DNA from: Rhina ancylostomus
Lineage: Eukaryota
DNA length: 64,000 nt
Reading direction: 5' to 3'
NCBI GenBank assembly: GCA_030265395.1
Contig: JARFYF010000112.1
Coordinates: forward strand, 79,086,820 to 79,150,819
Shown: positions 55,943 through 64,000 of the stretch, piece after piece
Layout: each line of letters starts with the position of its first letter
How positions within the stretch are numbered: the first letter of the stretch is position 1
Position numbers and translations under genes: made by a program
The notes under the pieces: model-generated
Told to the model about the DNA's origin: nothing
The model's database searches: none
The model's input: only the letters and a program-made list of their open reading frames with translations

Positions 55943-55959
55943 TTCATAATTAATGGTTT

Positions 55960-56220
55960 AATGTTGCATTCTGTGTGGAATTTGCATGTTTTCCCTTTGA
56001 CTATGTAGGCTTATCCCAGATGCTCCAGTTTTGAACTATCTCCCAAAGACATGCTGGTTGGTAGGGTAATTGGCTACTATAAATTACCCCTGGTGTTGCT
56101 GTGGTAGAAGACCATTGCAAGGAGCTAATGGTCATGAGAGAAGTAATGGACTACAAAGAAATAAGTAGGGGGAATGAGATTGATGGGAACTGGCATAGAC
56201 TTGATGGGCCAAATGCTGTA
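55960..56220 (+). mobile_element. Degraded HE1/V-SINE
   Basis: Homologous to 21700-21950 (tttgcatgtt...cccaaagacatgctggttggtaggg...gacttgatgggccaaa). Confidence 0.6.
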
Positions 56221-56796
56221 AGAGAAATATAAAATATCAATGTCCAGCAAATCACAGTTGGACAAGTCCATCAATGATCGAATTGTCCACTAATTACCTC
56301 AGGTAATCAAACTAATTTTTTGTTGCTTCATAAATTACTCGGAATCAAAGCTGAATCTAGTATGGTGAGAGCAACATAGCTCTGCAAACAGAGAATCAAC
56401 AGGGTAACTCCTGAATCAATGGCAATCATGTGTGAGGAAGCAGAGGAACGATGAAGAAAAAGGGTAAAGTTATTGAAAGTCAGGTGCAGAAAGAGAAATA
56501 GAGTGAGGGAAAAAAACAATTGGGATAAATGTGAAAGAAAGGAAAAGATAGGAAAAGTAAAAAAAAGTAAAAAATTAAAAATTGATATTTTTAAAACTTC
56601 ATACAGTTGACCACATGCAGGATAAATCTGAAAACTTGAAATTTTGTCTACTCTGAGACAAAAGAGGATTGCGATTATATGAAAAATAACATTGGTACTT
56701 AAGCTCTAAGTTACTGGAATTAATTTTCAGTTTGTAGTTTAATGAGAAAATGCAGAAATTCAGTCAATTTTTATAAATCACAGAGAAATTGCAATT

Positions 56797-57177
56797 AGAA
56801 ACATAGAAAAACTACGGCACAATTCAGGTCCTTTGACCCACAAAGCTGTGCTGAACATGTCCCTACCCTAGAAATTACTATGCTTACCCACAGCCCTCTA
56901 TCTTACTTAGCTCCATGTACCTATCTAACAGTCTCTTGAAANNNNNNNNNNNNNNNNNNNNNNNNNNNNNNNNNNNNNNNNNNNNNNNNNNNNNNNNNNN
57001 NNNNNNNNNNNNNNNNNNNNNNNNNNNNNNNNNNNNNNNNNCCTCTACCTCCTCATCCAGGTCATTTATAAAAATCACAAAGAGTAAGGGTCCCAATACA
57101 GACCCGAGGTACACCACTTGTCACCGACCTCCACTCAGAATATGACCCTTCAACAACCACTCTTTGCCTTCTGTGGG
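56797..57177 (-). mobile_element. Young CR1 LINE spanning an N gap
   Basis: RQRVVVEGSYSEWRSVTSGVP and GPLLFVIFINDLDEEVE; 3' tail on the other side of the gap. Confidence 0.85.
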
Positions 57178-57632
57178 TGCAAAGTGAATGGCGGAATGGT
57201 GTAAATGGACAAGCAAGCTTGGGAGCTTCATAAATCTCAGTATATATCACAGTGTGCCATTGACACATTATTATTTTTCCAAGAAGATTCAGCTCAATAT
57301 ACATAAGTATAGCATACACAATTAAAATAGAATCACGAATGTAACGAATGTCTGCTTCAGCTGTAAAAGTTCTGAATGGAATAAATCTCTTGATGTAATA
57401 AATTATATCATCTGAAAATTAAGGAAAGCCAATCATTAGAAAGAAATTGGCTTAAACTTGGTTAAGTTGGATTTCCTTCAATTTTTTCAATAAGGGGATT
57501 GTTGAAGTTAACTCATCAATCAGTAATGTTTTAATTAAAAGATAAGCTTCAGAGAAACCACTTCAATATATACCAATTGCTTGTAGATATTTATTGACTT
57601 GTTTTATCAGATGGAAGAATAATTTCCCATAC

Positions 57633-57800
57633 CTGTTTCAAAGCCCGTTCTATATCAATTCCTTGACTCCAAGGTACTGCAGGATTGGCCAAACAGTCTC
57701 CAGTAGTTACTCTTCTTGAAATATCAATCCGCTGTTTTCGTAGATAACGAAAAGCTTCTGCGATGACAAATATTCCATCGTATGTCAGGGCAGCAGTAAA
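57633..57800 (-). CDS. GRIA3: AMPA receptor GluA3-like coding exon (mammalian exon 7 equivalent, end of amino-terminal domain)
   Basis: 168 nt, ttcag|...|GTATGG, phase 0/0. Translates [66 protein letters not shown] and [12 protein letters not shown] are GluA3-type. Not in the ORF track; read manually. Confidence 0.93.
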
Positions 57801-58473
57801 CTGAATAAAATCAAAGAAGTTTGCTTTTTAAATATAAAACACACCAATCCTTTTTGTTCTGTATTGTCTGCTCGCCATTCCACAAACATCAATATTCAAA
57901 AGAGCATGATTCATGGTTTACTGCTTTCATTTCTTGGCTGAACTGCTACATAAATTATATTGAAGAGCATGAGATTGCAGCATCAGAATGGGTTTATGTA
58001 AATTCACTTTTTATCATGAGAGATCACCTAATGGCATTAGTGCCTCACCTGGAGGGATTGACTGCTAAAATGATCTCGTACTCCCAGTTGAATTATGAGC
58101 ATGCAATAATAGTGGAAAGAAGAGCTAATGAGAAAGGAAGGAGAATAAAACGTAAAAAAAACTCCCGTGATTTTAGCTTATTAAAAATTGCGGTCATAAT
58201 GTTAGTAGTTGTGGAAAGCATTAATTTTCCAATCGATTTAATAATTCCTCAACACTTTTATTGAAGAACTGTATACCCATACCATTTCACACCTCATTAA
58301 TGCTTCCTTTGAAGGTTGAATTCAAATTATGCATGTCAGCTCTTTTACATTAATTTGATTAAGAACATTTTGTGCAATTGATGATAATGTAAGAATGCAG
58401 CAGCGTAGGACATGAGCAAAAAATGCTGGACAGTACAGGAAGCAAGATCATTTGTTTCTACTTTGGAATGCTG

Positions 58474-58511
58474 AAAGATCTAACTTTAACTTTAAAGATC
58501 TAACTTTAACT
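58474..58511. repeat. 20-bp-period tandem duplication
   Basis: aaagatctaactttaact twice. Confidence 0.85.
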
Positions 58512-59287
58512 CGTGAACAGTGTGGTGATGAGTTACTTGGTTGTTTTCTGTGTAACATGTAAATGTACAATCGGATATGCAAGTACCTCTCAGTGTGACA
58601 GAGTGAACACACAAAAGTTGTCTTAAACAGTCATAGACTGAAATATAAAGTCAGGGATTTGGTACCAGTGGTAAATACTGAGTGCATACATCTCAAACTG
58701 AAACTTAGTTTAACATTTAGAATTTAACATAAAACAATAAAAATGGTAAAAGTAATTGCAACACTATCAATAGTTAACAGAATTTGCCTCTCAGAAGCAA
58801 ATGACAATTGAATGGCTCTTTAGGGGTAGGTACAGTGAGCAGGAAGATTAGGGCGATCTTGTAAGCTGAATGTAGCATGTTCACACAGTGCTGTCATTGA
58901 AGGAGTACATCATAAAGTTGAGAACTTGGTGAAGGTTGGAACTGGAGGCAGAGGAGAAGGATGGGCAGCATTTGCCTTCCGTACTTGAGTGGTTTACATT
59001 TGAGGCATATAGAAAATGTTGTCCAGTCTGTAGCGTAAAGTTTTGTGTAAGTTCATGTTTCTAAAAAGCTATAACAGACATACTCCCAGTTAAATTATGA
59101 GCATGCAATAATTTTGTTGCAAAGTAGTAGCCCGGATCCTCTACTGTCTGGTGAGCCACCATTTGCTCACCAGTCACCTGCTCTTGAAACTCATTCTTTC
59201 TGGAATGGATCCCAGGTGCAAACTTACAAGAAGCGTAGGGCCTTTCTGAATGAAAGTGGCCGAAAGCACCCCTGAACTTCTTTGAGA

Positions 59288-59565
59288 GCTGGTTAGTGTA
59301 GCACTATTACAGTGCCAGCGACCCGGGTTCAATTCCGGCCGCTGTCTGTAAGGAGTTTGTACATTGTCCCCGTGTCTGCATGGATTTCCTCCAGGTGCTC
59401 CGGTTTCCTCCCACATTCCAAAGACATATTGGTTAAGAGTTGAGGGCATGCTATGTTGGCGCTGGAAGTGTGGCGACACTTGCAGGCTGCCCCCAGAACA
59501 AAAGATGGATTTCACTGGATGGTTCGATGTACATGTGACTAATTAAGATATCTTAATCTTAAATC
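59288..59565 (+). mobile_element. V-SINE family B (slightly 5'-truncated)
   Basis: cccgggttcaattccggcc B box and V domain. Confidence 0.85.
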
Positions 59566-59989
59566 ATATCTCCAGGTTAATTGCTGTCCAAGAAATTCAA
59601 TGTCAGTATATGTTGGACATTCACAAACATTCGAAAATAGTCTATATTTTAATTGTTAGGTTTCTATTATAAATACTTAAAATGATAAAAGCATCAAAAC
59701 ATTAAGAAGCAATTAAACATAATTATGTTTTAAATCAATGTAATTGACAGAATAAGAATATTACCTTCCATTTACCCTTCCTTCTGCATAATTTCTTAAA
59801 AAAATATAAATCAGTGGGTCTCCTGTGCGCAGGCTCAATGGGAAGATTACAAGTGTAAGGAAAGCCATGGAAGTTAGTGCTTCCAAGCTGGACTACATGA
59901 TCATTTATATCGCCTTGCTGATGAGTCCCAAACATTCACTGAGTTTCTTTTGTAAAAGCTGGGAATCTCAAGAGATCTGCCTAACTATT

Positions 59990-60143
59990 AGATAGACACT
60001 TGAACTCTTAGATAGACACATGAATGATAGAGAAGTGGGGGGCTATGTGGGAGGGAAGGGTTAGGTAGATCTTAGAGCAGGATAAAATGTTGGCACAACA
60101 TTGTGGGCTGAAGCGCCTACACTGTGCTAGAATGTTCTATGTT
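59990..60143 (+). mobile_element. Young CR1 3' tail
   Basis: Near-identical to 42862-43001. Confidence 0.8.
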
Positions 60144-61659
60144 AGTCAGAAGATCTGCACCAATATAAAGCAAAATATAGCAAAGTAGGTTGCTACTTCA
60201 TACTGTGGTTTATCAGAATTTGTGGACAGCAAGATTGTCTCAAATGAACAGGTCTACAGTAGAAGTCATTGCTTTTTATCTTTCCGGCTCAGACTGAATG
60301 AAATGTACTATGAGTTGGTAATATTCTGATGTATCAGAGAGGGAGGGAGTAATTGAACAGCTTGTTCCAGATCTTCATTGCACTACCTGGGGAAGTGTAT
60401 GACCAAAAATGGGGTAGTGTGTCTGATAGGTTACAGAACAACAAGAACCCAAGGTACAGAACAAGAATCTACTTGAAATGGTTCTTTCCAACAGGTACAA
60501 TGTAATTTCTATCTGGAAGGACAAGGACAAGTATAAAACTGACACAATAACATTGAGCATAGGATTATGGAGCAGAACCTAGACAGTTGGAGGAGATGCT
60601 TAAATTGACAGGTGTAATGGATTCAATAATTACGCTGGCTGAGATATCCTTTGTAATCAGGATAGAAAGCCCCAAATTTTACATCGTCTATCTCTCAGGG
60701 TGAGGTAGACTTCAAACCAGCACTAGGGGAAATTGCCAAGGAAGGGGTGGGACACAATCATTGGGAGCCATGTTAGGATCACTAATAAAGGAAAGAGTCA
60801 GTAAACAGATCTGTTTGAAGAGTACCAAAGGGTAGGAACTTAATTAAAGAACAGGATCCCAAGGGTTGAAATGTCTGGATTTTATTCTTCAAAACAACAG
60901 ATTTTTACCTCTTACCCTGAGCTAGATTGATTATCACTCATTCTGTTCCTCCACTTTAGTTTATGCTTGTGTGTCTTTATTTTGGGTTTGGACATTTTCC
61001 AAAGTTACGAAATTGCTGAGCAAATGCATTGCTAAATGATGTAACTACTCAAAAGATTCCTCTCTAAGTCAGAACTCTTCTTTAAGACCATTAGGTCAAC
61101 TATCCATTACTCATCTAGTATGTATGTTGAGCTCCAACAGCACTGCACAGCCACTGAGGCTGCATTGTTGTTTAAAGATCACAATAATATATTTTTCATG
61201 AAGCTTTAATGAGCCTGGTGCATGCCTGGTGAGTAGGTTCTTAGTGCCTTTGTCGATTTCCAAGTGCAAAGGGAGATGGCAGACCTTATCAATTAGTAAC
61301 ACTGCAATGCTAAAGGCAATGAGTATTGCACTGAGTAAACAAAGGAAATATTCTCATCTGGCAATTCAGCGTTAAATAATTCCTTTTCAAAGAAATGGCT
61401 TTTTCACTTGCTTTTAAGTTACTGTGCTTCCTTTCAACCAAATTTGAGTTTCTGCACAATTGTAGGAGGACATCAGTGCTAGGCATATTTACATAATCTA
61501 GTTTTCTAAGCTGGTGATTTTCTTTATGTATGTAGAAATTGTGGAACTACATTTTGTAATATAGGCATCTGGTGACAGTTCCTTTTGGCTGCCCTGCCTT
61601 CTGATTTACAGCATGCCATTTCATCCATTCAAATGCAAAAGCCAGAAACAAGCAACAAT

Positions 61660-61730
61660 CTCTTGAATGACTAGTTGTATTGTGGGCAGCTTAAACTCTT
61701 GAATGACTGGTGATATTGTAGGCAGTTTAA
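61660..61730. repeat. 36-bp tandem duplication (2 copies)
   Basis: ctcttgaatgactagttgtattgtgggcagcttaa / ctcttgaatgactggtgatattgtaggcagtttaa. Confidence 0.85.
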
Positions 61731-64000
61731 GAAGTTAATGCAATTGCACTTCTTACTGTTCAGATTATTCATCGTGAAATATCTTTAATATACAAATATG
61801 TACAAAATTTTCCTTACAGGAACAAACTATTATGATAGCTAATAGGGATTAAGGCTGAGCATTTGGATAAGTGTGGAATTTTGACTTCTTCGAAAAGAAC
61901 GTGCAAAAGCAGTATACAATTTCTATCAGTCAGCTGGGAAATTTAGTTACAGCCTGGTGCTGGATCTCCAGAACCTGTCTGAAAAGAGATCAGATGTCCA
62001 TGCATAAAAGAACCACTGCATTTTTTACAATGAGAACAGGTTGAAATCTTTTAGTTTCTTGCCATAATTCAACAGTTTTGTTTTTACTGTTCAATAGTTT
62101 TGTTACTGTACAGTGATTACGCACTAGCACTGCACACCATTTGTAGTCAAATTGCTATTAGCATGGATACTGTCAATGACAACTGCTAAGTTGTCCCTTC
62201 AGTCTCTAGGTGAATAAACTAACCTTCCCTTCCCTTAAGGTGGTCTTAAAATGTAATTTTTTTCTAAACACATTATCTGCCCAACACCAGCCCTCACAGG
62301 GAGCTACTGCACATTACTTCAGTGGCTCAGTCCACCTCAAAGCTGCACGGTGATAAGATCACTGCTTCTTTGCTTCAGGAGCATCAGCAGCAGCAAGGGG
62401 GTTATGCCAGGTTCATCCTGAGTGAATATCTTTTACAAATTATGGGAGATCATAACTATGCTTGTGCATGTTCGGACTCCAGGACCAAGAGTGCTATAAC
62501 AAATCAGTGCTCTGCAGGGTAGCACAAATCAGGAAATTTAGCCTGTGCCATTTGTGTGGAAGTACTATGCTTTCTCGTAGGTTAAGATCCTCATATGAAG
62601 CTTGTTTGATATCAGCAGGAGAAATTGTTTTGGTCTAGAGTAATGGAAAAGTTCTACAATCACACCACATGTTTGACTAGATTGTAAAATGAAGATTAAT
62701 CCCTATAAGCTGTTGACCATTGAGTTTAGGTGCAACTGCTGCACTCCTATAACTTAAAATCTCACACACACTCTGGCTGTAACATTACTATGTGGAACTG
62801 AGTGATTGAATGTCATAGTTGATATGAGATAATACATTTGCATATGGATTGTTCTGTAGGCAATAAACTAGCTTTAACATAGATCCCCAATGGTCTCTGG
62901 AGCTTTTTATCAAAACAAGCTAACACTATATGACTGTATAAATGCTGTTTGATCTGCAACAGATTAGTATTAGTTTGAAAAATACTGTTTTTTAATTCAT
63001 AGTTGTTAAAATGTATCTGCAATTGAATAGCTGAACTTATAACAAAATAGGGTGAAAGAGAAACTGTGGCCAACCAGCTGTTAATTTAATTTGTATTATG
63101 TGGGGTGTGTGGTACTCTTCTTACTGATTCTATTGTACTTTTTAGTCCTGATATCCTAAAGTTTCTGTCAAGAAAAAGCTACTTTGCTCACAGAACCCAC
63201 TCCTGTGTAACTGTACATAATTTCCATTTGTGGATTCTTTTATTTAATTCACAGATTGAGATGAAATAAGACAAATATTTGTGGATTATGTGTTTTGAAA
63301 ATAAGTGGGAGATGGGAGGTTATTGGGGATAAAAGAAATGACAAGTCAAATTATTTAATATTTGCACCAGCAATCAGATCTTTTAAACAATGTGGTCTCA
63401 TTGACCGTGTGGTGTCACTAATGAAAACTAATGCATTATTTGTCATGCCCATAACTTGGCCATGAGAAATCTATGAAGCTTGACGTTCACCTACACTTCC
63501 ATTATTTTTCATCTACTTCATGACTTGGAGTTTCTTCAATTATAGAATAAATCAAATGCTAAAGGCTGGATGATTTAATATCTGCTGGCACCAGATCTGA
63601 AAATGGGACCTCAACCATTGAAATAAGAAGATGGGAGGTGCTCGAGTTATACTGCTAAAAATCAATTGCATAGGAAGGACAATTATTGAGAAAGTCTTTC
63701 ACGTGCACTCAGGAAAACAATAAAATGATAGAGCAGATTATGGTGAGAACATAACAAACTATGGACACATTATTTGAAGACAAGAGAAAATTTGTTGAGA
63801 TTATCAATGTCTGGAAAGTTGAGGCTAATAGAGTAAGAGATGGATATATAGGAGGGAAGAATCAAGAAAATGCAAATGCTGGAAATATGAAACAAACGCA
63901 GAGGATGCTGGAAACATTCAGCAGGTCAGGAAGCATTTGTGGAAAAAAAAGCAGAGTTAATATTTCAGGACCTGTTGCCAGAACTGGGAAAAAGAGAAAG

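Noticed and set aside
57821-58264. 147-aa plus-strand ORF and the other short ORFs in the track
   Set aside because: No recognisable domains. These are AT-rich intronic or repeat-derived chance ORFs, and many span N gaps.

Overview
Vertebrate genomic DNA, most likely from a cartilaginous fish (inferred from the HE1/V-SINE-type SINEs and the CR1, Penelope and Rex1 repeat landscape). The whole window lies inside one large minus-strand AMPA receptor gene, best matching GRIA3 (GluA3). Five in-phase coding exons are visible, equivalent to mammalian exons 7-11 (end of the ATD, S1, M1 and the M2 pore loop); they are separated by 5-17 kb repeat-rich introns. The standout feature lies just downstream of the M2 exon. 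The genome encodes Q (CAG) at the Q/R site, and the intron carries a complete GRIA2-type A-to-I editing cassette: a perfect 10-nt editing-complementary sequence (ECS), a 31-nt exon/ECS duplex and a supporting inverted repeat. In mammals this cassette is known only for GRIA2 among AMPA subunits. Extra copies of the repeat arm and of the exon sequence could fold into competing structures, suggesting a tunable editing switch. The rest is mostly degraded retroelements, including Penelope-derived palindromes with degenerate hammerhead-ribozyme motifs. Repeat family names and boundaries are by eye and approximate; reference sequences are compared from memory.
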